Below are positions 1 to 11,439 of a stretch of 19,304 nucleotides of DNA, one piece after another. A model generated the notes under the pieces. It was given only the letters and a program-made list of their open reading frames with translations. It was not told the origin of the DNA and did no database searches. A program made the position numbers and the translations under genes. Numbering within the stretch: the first letter of the stretch is position 1; every line of letters starts with the position of its first letter. Source of the stretch: Trichoplax adhaerens (taxonomy: Eukaryota; Animalia; Placozoa); contig NW_002061018.1 of assembly GCF_000150275.1 (NCBI RefSeq), positions 23,427 to 42,730 on the forward strand, given 5' to 3'.

Positions 1-1368
1 GAGAAAGAACTATAATATCAACTAAAGTTACTTGGCTATATACTTTTCTTGATATCTGCAAGTATAATCAGTAATTACAGTTACCAACTACTTTCTACCT
101 TCTTTTATAAGGATATAGATTATAATTAGTAACATACTCGTATTTAAGCCAATTATGAAAACTATTTATTGCGATGTACATTCATCACTTCCTGACAAAA
201 TAAATATTTCGTAGATGCTATAATTGAAATGTATAACTGAGTACTTTCAGTTTATATATAATACTGCTAATACTTAGACTAGATCTAATCCTAATCCATT
301 TATCTTTACTTGCAATTGTTACAATGTTCACAATTAATAGTAACTTAGCGGAATTATTATCAGTGAAATATTGTCAGCTTGATGCTATTGGCATATATGT
401 ACGAATGCAGTACGATGGCATCAGACAAATGGATAATACTTGGCTAACAATAATCAACATTTCTTAAACGGCACTCTTGATACTCAGCCAGTGAAAATAT
501 ATACTCCACAACTCGCGAAAGGATCATGGAATCTAAGAATGTATGAACGAGACTAGCTGAGCTACGCCTCGGTGTAAACTGTACTACTGCAGAAATGCCA
601 AAATTATAATTCTGATTTTACGATACGGATTCTGTTTTTACAAAAGTTTCTCCATTGTAAGCCGCTAACTATTGAGAAAAATTATGTAAATTTTACAAAT
701 TTTATTGCATGAATATTTTGAGTATTTCTAAACACATGAGTACCTTGTCGTAAGCGGCTTATCCAGCTATTCCTAATATAGGCTGTGATTAAGCTTTAAT
801 GACACAACTCATAGATCTAATAAATTAGTTTATCTTTTGGACAACAACGAATAGAATTCTGTTCGTTGAGCAAAGTAAATTCAGCGAGCTCGAGCTTTTT
901 GCTGTTATGGTCTTGAAATTCAAAGATTTAGAGTTATTCTGTTATAATATTTATATTTTCTTGAAAATTTTCAATGTGAAGAGGAATAGTTAATAATATT
1001 GTGTAAACAAAATATGAGAATTTTACTAGCATACAACCTGTAATGTAATCCGTTGCCATTAAAAGAATAAAGCAAATTTATTAACTAATTTCGGTAATCA
1101 ATTAAGAAATCTGGCAAATAGATACAATACTGCAGAGTATCTGTGAAGGGGATTATCCACAGTTTAACATGTGAAACTAATAAATATAGATCGTACATTA
1201 GATTAAATATAGCGGTCGCCTGCTATTTTCCCTCTGCAGTTTTAACGACAATTCCATAGCGCAATTCACTTCTATATTAAATGACAACTTGAAAGCCTCA
1301 AAATAAACTATGTGCAGTAATACATGAATTATTTAATATCTGCAAAAAGATACAGACAGTGTGAAAAC

Positions 1369-1833
1369 TGTGATGGAGGGTTCGAAGAGTCAGATAATGT
1401 GGTTTTAGTTGCCTAGTAGAGAATTGCACAAGGAGCTTAAGAAAAGAGGATACTTTATTGTAGATAGTAGTTAGGTACAGTGTGATAATTAGGGTAGGTC
1501 AGCGTGGTAGCTGCCGTGAGTAAAGTGTGAATACTAACTGTGACTAATAATGCAACTTAACAAATCTAAGGTAGAAAACGGCAAATATTTATAGCTATGG
1601 CATTAGAACAGATGCAGAGAACATGATTGTAGGATTAGATACAACATATACCATAACAGGTTATAGAATAGCAGATGATTGTATAAAATAGCGAGGACTG
1701 TAATAACTAAATGTAGTAAGCCATATTTGAATGTAGAGCGAACAGACTGTAGATGTGTGTAAATATAAGATCAATACAACATGTCTATATTTAAGAGTAG
1801 AATATAGTTGCAGTATATTCTAAATACACTACA
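1369..1833 (-). mobile_element. Solo LTR of an LTR retrotransposon (copy A)
   Basis: Begins TGTGATG and ends CACTACA (TG...CA). Flanked by a perfect 5-bp direct repeat AAAAC (1364-1368, 1834-1838). It is the end-to-end reverse-complement homologue of 11440-11930. On the minus strand TATAAATA (1586-1593) precedes AATAAA (1454-1459), as expected for U3-R-U5. Confidence 0.8.
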
Positions 1834-1948
1834 AAAACATACCAATAACTCATAGCTTCGTTATAATAAGAGCAATTTTATATATTTTAAGCGAATATTG
1901 CTAAGCTGATTTGAATACATGTATGTAGATATATATGCAGCGATTCAG

Positions 1949-2295
1949 TTACAATAGAATGAACAAATAGTAAACAACGTTTTCATCATACCACAGAAAA
2001 TTATTGCAAGTGCAACGCTTGAGGTATGTGCATTCGTCATTCTTTAGTAAATGTCCTAAACTAGAAATTATATCATTTCTACCTATTTTTTGTAGAGCTG
2101 CCTGTAATTGATCGACACTAACATTTGGCGTATTCTTACAGTACCATTTATCGAGAAATAGCCTTGCTTGATCAAAAATTTTACTCTCTTCAGTTTTGAT
2201 GCTACTAACATCAATGAATGGATCTAATGCTGTAGCTAATTTAGTCCAGTCGCAGCTTATGTGGAATGCAATTTCGAAAAAGTGATGCTTTGGAT
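1949..2295 (-). CDS. Terminal coding exon encoding a Death domain (no ATG, so absent from the ORF track)
   Basis: Manual translation after acceptor ttacag|: (D)PKHHFFEIAFHISCDWTKLATALDPFIDVSSIKTEESKIFDQARLFLDKWYCKNTPNVSVDQLQAALQKIGRNDIISSL...ILL* with TAA at 1949-1951. It matches Death-domain hallmarks DWxxLAxxL, QAxxxLxxW and LxxALxxIGRxDI. The frame is open for 115 codons including the stop. Confidence 0.8.
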
Positions 2296-2417
2296 CTGTA
2301 ATGTTACAATGATAGTGCAGATTAGCTTGAGTAATCTAGATTAGCAAGATGATTTCTGAAATGCAACTCTGATTGCGATCTTTCTGTGTTGTAAACTAGC
2401 TCACAAGCTATCTTTAC

Positions 2418-2465
2418 CTTGACCATTGGTACTTTTTATCGAATTGCATTGTTTTGATTCTGTAT
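2418..2465 (-). CDS. 48-nt phase-1/phase-1 linker exon upstream of the Death-domain exon
   Basis: Acceptor ttattttacttctag| and donor CAAG|gtaaag. It reads (x)TESKQCNSIKSTNGQ and splices in frame (G+AT = Asp) across a 122-nt intron (2296-2417) to the Death-domain exon. Confidence 0.5.
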
Positions 2466-4495
2466 CTAGAAGTAAAATAATCATTGATTTCTCTTGAGTA
2501 TAAACCCTCAATAACAAAATACAATTTGTTTATCATTGTCATTCAATAAAAGCCAATACGTTGCTTTAAATAAGTGATTTTCGTTGTTAACCATTTTTTC
2601 TAAGCTATCATTTCAAATTATGAAGCAATTGCAATGACTGCTTTACCGTTGATGATTCAAGTATTTTAAATAACGATTAACATCGCAAAAAGTAATTTTG
2701 CTGTTGATCTCTACTTAAGCGCTACTGTGCTTTAATTTATTACAATATCAATTCAAAAAGACTTTATCTTTGCGCTACGTAATGAATTGTTAGTTTTCCA
2801 ACATTGTTTTGAAAGAAATGATCGATCAAGTAAGCGGAGTTGGCTGCTACGCAATTAACATTTCCTACATTGTCTATAAATCAAATTACTCTAACATTGA
2901 CTACCACTACTTCAAATGCTGTTGTTCTTATTCTTCAGCTACAAATAAAGAAAGCGTAAATATATTTATCAAAATAAACATAATACACCAAAATAATTAG
3001 ATAATGCGGTTGTTAGAGAGAACTTTAATCGTGTACAATATTACATTAGTACTAATTTTATTTAAATAACTGCTGTCTACTATCCTAACAACGCGTAACA
3101 TTTCGTACAAGTTATTTGCTTTAATAATAAAGAACTACGACTGCATAGGTTTGTTTTTATGTTAATGATATACTGTAATATTGAAGTACAGAAAGAAATT
3201 AATGGAAAGTTATTTGTCTTGTCAATGGAAGTGCTAATCTTGTCTTGACTAATGAATTTAAAGCACTTTGCTTATTTATTATCGCTTCTGCTAATTCCAT
3301 CAAGAGCTAAGCTTACATTATTATTAATCAGGGAATTTCAAGTAAAGTAATAGCACAAGCCTCTTTGGTAAGCTGCTCATTTTTTTTACATAGGCTGTAG
3401 AAGAATGCAATTTATTTCATGAATGTAATTCACCTTGATTACTACAGGAACTTTAATATGAAGATTAAGGAACAACTCATCATCAATTTTGTTGAAGAAT
3501 AATTAATTGGCAGCTTTTAACTTTGTAGCTGTAAATTGAAAACTAAATCAATGGTGATTCAACTGGACAAACTATGTTTTGAAATATTTTACGCAAAATT
3601 GTTGACTTTATTGCTTGAGAAGATTTGAATTATTTTGCTGCGTGAAGTGTTATATCAATTGTCACCAATGATCTCTGATTGCATAGATGTATTGTATTCA
3701 TTAGGGCAATGTACTTATGATAGAAAACGAAACTGCCGTGAATAGTTACTGAAATGATTCTCTCTTGCCTATATAAATATTATTTTTGAAATGATATATG
3801 ATTATCAAAAGGAAGCTGTTTATCTTGTAATGTATTTCAATATGCTAATGTACAATGTACAGTAATCCCTTAAAATGTATGGCTTTGCTACTGCTTAAAA
3901 TACGGGGTAAAATAAAGAGGGCAAGATAATTTCTAAATGAAACCATTTATAGTTTCGCTTGTATGTTAGTATATACTGTAATATAATTCATTTTGACTAG
4001 TTTATTGACTACATCGATGATATCGATAGGAAAGTGCCTAAGCGTTTCAATGAATTTGATTTGTTAGTTGTGATTATAATTGGATGCCTTATTGTATTTC
4101 CAATCTTATTGCGAGATAGAGCTATTCAAGGAAAACCATGCCAAATTGTGTACGCTAACACTTCATTTTCTTGTTTCTTATTAAGAATCGATTAACAAAG
4201 TAAATTTAAACTTAATTCTATCTATTTCATTCAAATCGTTGTACCGGATGAAAATAGACTATTCAGTTACTGGTAAAGATTTACATTTCGTATTTTAAGA
4301 TGTTAGGGTTAGTCTTGCGCTTATTAATCTATGCTATGTTAAAAATTATAGTGGAAATGTTAAAAATGATTTGATCATGTGCATTTATATCATGACTAGT
4401 TTGCAATCGATATTGAACGATTAAGTTACTATGCAAGAGGACAAGAGGATAGTATTAATCACTTGCAATAGGGGTAAAGTCATCGTTATTCTATT

Positions 4496-5629
4496 CTATT
4501 CAGACTTACTGCAGTCTTGCCATAATGAGGTATTAGCCTTGCTTTTAAGTAGTCGACATTGGTCAAGCATTTGTTTATCTTTGACGACTTGAGGATGATT
4601 TTCTCCGTAGAGGTAGCATAAACTATCGAATGATTTTTGATAGAATTCGATAGCTTGAGTGTAGTTAGACTGCTTACGATAGATTGTTGCTATATTTCGG
4701 TAGGATTGCGCAGTACTCGGATGGTTATTACCAGTTGTTGCTAGCCGAATCTTGAGCGATTTCTTATACATGGATACAGCGTCGTCATACTTGCCTTGAT
4801 TATCATAAACACTCCCAATGTTGTCATATAACTTAGCGGCCTTCGGATGATTGTCACCAAGTTCTTCTTGTATAATCTTAAGTGATTTGTTATACTTTAA
4901 TAGAGCGTCATCATGCTTGCCTTGATTATGATAGACACTTGCAATGTTGTTATATGTCGCAGCAATACTTGGATGATTTTTACCAAATGTTGTCCAGCTA
5001 GCATAGAGTGATTTCTTAAGCATTAATAGAGCTTTATCATACTTGTCTTGGTTATAATAGACACCACCAATGTTGTTATATAATGTAGCAACACCTGCAT
5101 CATTCTCGCCTTTAATTCTCGATCGCTTCTTCAATGATTTTTTATACGTGCCTAAAGCCTCACGGTACTTGCCTAGATTAGTGTACATAACGCCAATGTT
5201 ATTGTAGGAGTCACTAACATCGATATTTTCGCCTCTTGACGATTTTAATTTCAAATCAAGAGAATCTTTAAAACCTTTCAAGGCGCCTTTACAATCACCA
5301 TCAAGTCGTTTAATGTTACTCCGCCTATCCCAGTATATTGTAGTCTTCGCTTCGTCTTGTAGTTGTTTAGCTAATTTCTCTGCTTCACTAACTCATTTTG
5401 GGGCTTTTAACCGTTCATATTCTCTAAAACAATCAGCCATTTCCGGATAAACATGATATTTAAGTTGATAAACATCATAGTTACCTTGGGGTATCGATTC
5501 TATTTGAGTAATCACTTTTTCATAATAATCAAGCGCTGACTTGTAACAGCGATGATTTTGATATTTCTGACCCTGTTTGTGAAGTGTTTCGACTTCATCA
5601 GGAATAGTCTTAGTAGACTGATTATTCAT
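4496..5629 (-). pseudogene. Intronless TPR-repeat gene (42-aa kinesin-light-chain/nephrocystin-3-type TPRs) with one in-frame TGA at 5393-5395
   Basis: ORFs 5393-5707 and 4496-5281 are in the same frame. The 37 codons between them are open (VSEAEKLAKQLQDEAK...GDCKGA) and match the paralogue at 15619-16170, which has TGG (Trp) where this copy has TGA. The first ATG is at 5629 (MNNQSTK). There are five 42-aa repeats YNNIGxVYxxQGKYDxALxxYxKSL...GxNHP. Read-through length would be 377 aa. Confidence 0.8.
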
Positions 5630-8238
5630 TTTTTTAGTTTTGAAGAAGAACCAAGAGATGGGATGGAATAAAATAGATTTGTATGCTCTTCTCAATGTAT
5701 TTGCCAAATTTGGATAACTATACGAATGACTGTTGTAATAAATCAGCGAAAACCTGCAAAATAGCTGTCTTTAACGTTCAATCGATATCTCAGGTCTATT
5801 TCAGTTAAGAATGCTGCTAAATCTATAAAATTCGATACATCCTTAACCAAATGACGATCATTAATTATTTTTCTATATCATTGTAGCGCAACCCCAAATA
5901 CAGCTTGGATCATGATTGTAAGACTGTACGAGAGCAGTAGTACTCGTTTCCTGGATTATCTTATTTTGAAGATATCTATTTGTGGCAGAAGTTTACACAA
6001 GTATCGCCCTTATACTAACTCATAGCTTAGAATAACGCTAGCAGAAGTCGACGCAACGTCTAGTATAAATCAATGCAAAAAATACACAAAATACAAGCAT
6101 AACTCGAATAATATTATAAACTTGTAAAATAAACTATAGGTAGGCAATAATCAGCATAGTTAATACATATAGCTTGGATCATGATTGTAAGACTGTACGA
6201 GAGCAGTAGTACTCGTTTCCTGGATTATCTGATTTTGAAGATATCTATTTGTAGTAGAAGTTTACATAAGTATCGCCCTTATACTAACTCATAGCTTAGA
6301 ATAACGCTAGCAGAAGTCGACGCAACGTCTAGTATAAATCAATACAAAAAATCCACAAAATACAAGTATAACTCGAATAATATTATAAACTTGTAAAATA
6401 AACTATAGGTAGGCAATAATCAGCATAGTTAATACATATAGCTTGGATCATGATTGTAAGACTGTACGAGAGCAGTAGTACTCGTTTCCTAGATTGTCTG
6501 ATTTTGAGATATCTACAGTATTTGTAGCAGAAGTTTACATAAGTATCGCCCTTATACTAACTCATAGCTTAGAATAACGCTAGCAGAAGTCGACGCAACG
6601 TCTAGTATAAATCAATACAAAAAATCCACAAAATACAAGTATAACTCGAATAATATTATAAACTTGTGAAATAAACTATAGGTAGGCAATAATCAGCATA
6701 GTTAATACATATAGCTTGGATCATGATTGTAAGACTGTACGAGAGCAGTAGTACTCGTTTCCTGGATTATCTGATTTTGAGATATCTATTTGTAGCAGAA
6801 GTTTACATAAGTATCGCCCTTATACTAACTCATAGCTTAGAATAACACTAGCAGAAGTCGACGCAACGTCTAGTATAAATCAATACAAAAAATCCACAAA
6901 ATACAAGTATAACTCGAATAATATTATAAACTTGTAAAATAAACTATAGGTAGGCAATAATCAGCATAGTTAATACATATAGCTTGGATCATGATTGTAA
7001 GACTGTACGAGAGCAGTAGTACTCGTTTCCTGGATTGTCTGATTTTGAGATATCTATTTGTAGCAGAAGTTTACATAAGTATCGCCCTTATACTAACTCA
7101 TAGCTTAGAATAACGCTAGCAGAAGTCGACGCAACGTCTAGTATAAATCAATGCAAAAAATCCACAAAATACAAGTATAACTCGAATAATATTATAAACT
7201 TGTAAAATAAACTATAGGTAGGCAATAATCAGCATAGTTAATACATATAGCTTGGATCACGATTGTAAGACTGTACGAGGGCAGTAGTACTCGTTTCCTG
7301 GATTATCTGATTTTGAGATATCTATTTGTAGCAGAGGTTTACAGCTTAGCTTGAATCATGATTGTAAGACTGTACGAGAGCAGTAGTACTAGTTTCCTGG
7401 ATTGTCTGATTTTGAGATATCTATTTGTAGCATAGGTTTACAGCTTAGCTTGGATCACGATTGTAAGACTGTACGAGAGCAGTAGTACTCATTTCCTAGA
7501 TTGTCTGATTTTGAGATATCTATTTGTAGCAGAAGTTTACATAAGTATTGCCCTTATACTAACTCATAGCTTAGAATAACACTAGCAGAAGTCGACGCGA
7601 CGTCTAGTATAAGTCAATGCAAAAAATCCACAAAATACAAGTATAACTCGAATAATATTATAAACTTGTAAAATAAACTATAGGTAGGCAATAATCAGCA
7701 TAGTTAATACATATAGCTTGGATCATGATTGTAAGACTGTACGAGAGCAGTAGTACTCGTTTCCTGGATTGTCTGATTTTGAGATATCTATTTGTAGCAG
7801 AAGTTTACATAAGTATCGCCCTTATACTAACTCATAGCTTAGAATAACGCTAGCAGAAGTCGACGCGACGTCTAGTAAAAATCAATACAAAAATGCACAA
7901 AATACAAGCATAACTCGAATAATATTATAAACTTGTGAAATAAACTATAGGTAGGCAATAATCAGCATAGTTAATACATATAGCTTGGATCATGATTGTA
8001 AGACTGTACGAGAGCAGTAGTACTCGTTTCCTGGATTGTCTGATTTTGAGATATCTATTTGTAGCAGAAGTTTACATAAGTATTGCCCTTATACTAACTC
8101 ATAGCTTAACATAACACTAGCAGAAGTCGACGCAACGTCTAGTATAAATCAATGCAAAAAATCCACAAAATACAAGCATAACTCGAATAATATTATAAAC
8201 TTGTGAAATAAACTATAGGTAGGCATTAATCAGCATAG
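5079..8238. repeat. Segmental duplication copy 1 (5' part of TPR gene + upstream region + tandem array); copy 2 is 15619-17893
   Basis: Direct-orientation similarity at an offset of ~10540 nt, running through the TPR coding start, the ~270-nt upstream spacer and the exact array start (ccccaaatac|agcttggatc in both copies). Confidence 0.9.
5902..8238. repeat. Tandem array 1: ~268-bp unit, 8 long units plus two 99-bp deleted units
   Basis: Unit starts (AGCTTGGATCATGATTG) at 5902, 6171, 6440, 6713, 6981, 7249, 7348, 7447, 7715 and 7982. Units are near-identical with no unique spacers. Confidence 0.97.
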
Positions 8239-9249
8239 ATCTTTAATCAAGTTGCCCGTAACTACACACTCACACTACACAACGTATAGCGCATAACCAT
8301 GTACCATTATGAATTTCGTTATAATTTCTATATTAATTAATTAGGGTTCATGTTTGAAAATTGATTGTACTATAATGGGATAAACTAACGTAATGGAATG
8401 TAGAATTTTAACGACAAACTGCTACTTTAATTAAGATTTCATTTAATAATAGTCGTTTATTATAATGGCAACGGGCGGCTTTTAAGCAAGTAATATCACT
8501 GTTGATTATTAGGTATTAAAACTACTAGATATACACTCATAGTATACTAGTGATTTCAATAACAGTACTTATTCTTCATTAAATAAAATACGACATTCAA
8601 TTACCCACTGATATAGCGCTAAATCAAATAATTATACCTTACTTGCATCATTATGGCATAGCACATTTTTTATTTATTTCATGATATTTATATGGCAACG
8701 TAGCTATCTCTTAAGTTCTACATTTCAGTCATATCTATTGAAAATTTGATATACACGTATACATGCCTATGCAGTAAACAAATATTAGATACCCACAGCA
8801 ACATGCCAACATCGTTGTATTCCATTTTATTTTACTCACCGTATTTATTTGTTCATCTTGTATTTTCATGAAACATCCAATCGCGAGCTGACCTCCATTT
8901 AAACTATTTTCATTATGCTGTAAAATTGTAGTGTCTTAGATACGTAACATGTAACTTGTACTGTAATTTGTACGATGTTGGTAATATGTTATATGTTATA
9001 GAATGTAGTAATACATACAGTATACAGTATAACTTAATATTGTAATCACAGCCCTATGCATTGGTATAAATACTCGATCATCCTAAGAATATTATTCAAT
9101 TCACTTTACGTCACGTCTTGATACTAACTATTACACGTTAGTCAAGCTTGTAACAAGCGTACTATCGCTTAAATAAAACTCCTTCAAAACACACACTCAA
9201 CTACTATCTTCCTATCTATCTCCACGCTCTTCACTACTATTAACGTATC

Positions 9250-9336
9250 ATGGCTACCCCAGATCCGCCTGCAGAGTTAGCCACAATGCATCAGAAGATA
9301 GATAATCGCCCTCGTCCTCGTTCTCCAATCGTGTAA
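9250..9336 (+). other. Possible first exon or short ORF (MATPDPPAELATMHQKIDNRPRPRSPIV*)
   Basis: Locally GC-richer segment with a strong start context (atcATGG) after a CT-rich leader. No recognisable domain, and downstream candidate exons contain stops. Confidence 0.2.
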
Positions 9337-10830
9337 TACAAACAAAAAATTAATACATGTCTTAAATAGTATTTAGCAACGACTAGCTACAAAAATATTA
9401 CAATCAACCACTTGTTGGTTTTGTATAGGCAGCATTAGAGTTTAGGTCATCATCCCAGCTTTGATATAGAAATTTTGTTTCTTATTCGACCAATCCACGA
9501 TTAGGATATTTGGTATATTATTTTAAATTCTGCATTTTACGGCTACAATTAAAGCGTGTGCTTACAAGTAATTACATAATTTCATTACCAGCAAATATAT
9601 TATCATAATGTAATAGGAGATGCAGATCGAAAGGCAAAAATGCATCAAATCGATTGTTAATATTTGATAAGATGCATAAGCTGTTTATTTCCACCGAATA
9701 AAGCAGTAGACAGTTACTAGCTTTTATTGCTCTCCATAATTGTACAGAAATAAACTATTTCGTGTTCACTAGCATTAACCAATCAATAGTTATAATTAAT
9801 CCATAACTTGTACTTAAGAAATACAATGGCATCTATGTGAAGGAATAAACACGCATGAAAAACCGATTGAGCAGTCTTCAAATTGCGATAAAATTTTTTG
9901 ACTGGGATCGGTATACACAGTTATACAAATATTGGATGGGTAAAACTAATTATTATACAATCATCTAGCACTGCAGAGCAAATAATAAAAACTTACTTGC
10001 AATAGGTTTAATTTTGACGTTACAATTCTTTGAAAACCGCCACGATTGAGTAATTTCTTACCTTCACAATGTAGAAGTACATTTTAAGAACATTGCTGTA
10101 TTACAAAGACTGACAATTTCATCTATGTATATCTAAATATCAATAAAGATATTACACTGGCCTTCTATATCAGCCATCAGGTTTTTATACTTGAAAAAAA
10201 TTATGTAAACAAGCACTAGGTATAGATACGGGTACAATAATGCCTTGCTGTTAGGTATTAATCTAATTTCAGTTTTATTCATATTAATAAATTTACATTT
10301 TATAATATCTTTGTAGTGATGCACTGATATTCGATTATACGGATCGCTATATTTGATGTAGTTAGGTTACTTTGAACAGATATTACCGTGCAGCTAATAT
10401 CAGATGATTGTTAACTACTAGTATATTAGAAATTGTTGATGATGACTTATAGTAGCTAGTTGACTAATTATGGTACAAGATGTATGTAGCTAGAAACACT
10501 GTAGTTGTTAAGATGCCCTTCGGAGAAAGGGGCTAGACGTTACTAGAAGAGTAGCGGCATCTTAAGTAATAGCAGTAAAACTACAGTTGTAAGGTTATCT
10601 TATTTCTGTTCTTCTGTAATGTTATAATTGACTAGGTCCGAAGGAAAAAGAATAAGAAGAAATAATGCGCGACTGATGGAATGTTAATGTTTTATGATTT
10701 CAACGTGGCAAGACGAAAAGTTTGCATAGATCTTGACTTCCGATTTATATTCCAACTTGATTCAAGCAAATTTACTATAAACATACGATGAAATGTTATC
10801 TATTTCTAATCTTTAGGCCATTTTGATCAA

Positions 10831-11052
10831 TCAATCAATGCTGTTATATGAGCCGACAACACTCGTATGATTTTCACTAAGTATTTCTAGAGTAGTATTG
10901 AGTGATTTGTTAGAAATTGAGAGAGCTTCATCATACTTGCTTTGATTATAATAGACACCGCCAATGTTGTTATACTCGTATGAATCGGTAACACAAGGAT
11001 GATTGTCTCCAAGTGTAGTCAGTGTAGTATTAAGTGATTTGCTAAGTAGCAT
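10831..11052 (-). pseudogene. TPR-repeat gene relic (about 1.7 repeats)
   Basis: KSLNTTLTTLGDNHPCVTDSYEYNNIGGVYYNQSKYDEALSISNKSL...ENHTSVVGSYN is the same 42-aa TPR family, with a 2-residue insertion and truncation at both ends. Confidence 0.8.
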
Positions 11053-11439
11053 TGGATTAAAAAATAAAATAATACTTTCTATATTAACAGTAAATTAAAC
11101 TACCAATAATTGAAGCTTTAACAAAATAAATTACGGGGAAAACACTACTTTATTATAACTTTAACAACAATCTTAGCAAAACTTCTATGAATAACAAAAT
11201 ACGAGCAGAACTACTTCCTCAACCAACCAAACTATCAATTATTGAGGTAAATCAAGATCATCCTAGACTTTTCTTGTCTTCTCTAACTTCAACTGCTCTC
11301 AATTACCGTACTACGCCACCTTTTTATATGCTACGAAGAGCAGTTGGTGTTAGACTATTCAACTATGATTCTACAGAACTCCAAATTAAAATAGCAATCA
11401 AACACACATGATAAGATAAATTACACCCTAGATTCCCGT

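Noticed and set aside
378-556. Exon-like plus-strand stretch (…FLNGTLDTQPVKIYTPQLAKGSWNLRMYERD*)
   Set aside because: Interrupted by stops, and I cannot assign a family.
1846-1858. 13-nt match TAACTCATAGCTT to the array unit
   Set aside because: The match does not extend and is plausible by chance in AT-rich sequence.
2809-3000. ORF-track entries 2809-3000, 10133-10324, 11187-11411 and 15011-15214
   Set aside because: Short, no recognisable domain, AT-driven composition; 15011-15214 overlaps a probable intron and acceptor.
3434-3768. Possible additional exon of the Death-domain gene (tag| ... CAAG|gtgaat)
   Set aside because: The frames I read contain multiple stops; at best a decayed exon.
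5393-5395. Selenocysteine or a UGA=Trp genetic code
   Set aside because: The aligned residue is Trp rather than Cys, I recognise no SECIS, Trp is otherwise encoded by TGG, and the DNA is nuclear and intron-containing.
5630-5707. N-terminal extension MANTLRRAYKSILFHPISWFFF (also 16171-16248)
   Set aside because: It starts at TTG; the first ATG, in an A-rich context, is at 5629 (16170 in copy 2).
5902-8238. CRISPR array
   Set aside because: Whole 268-bp units repeat with no unique spacers; there are no cas genes and the context is eukaryotic.
5902-8238. Tandem SL-RNA, snRNA or 5S gene array (AG|GTAGG donor and GATTTTGAG Sm-like site in each unit)
   Set aside because: The motifs are short and common in AT-rich DNA, they are about 90 nt apart, and I recognise no 5S or snRNA sequence. 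An Rfam scan or small-RNA data would be needed.
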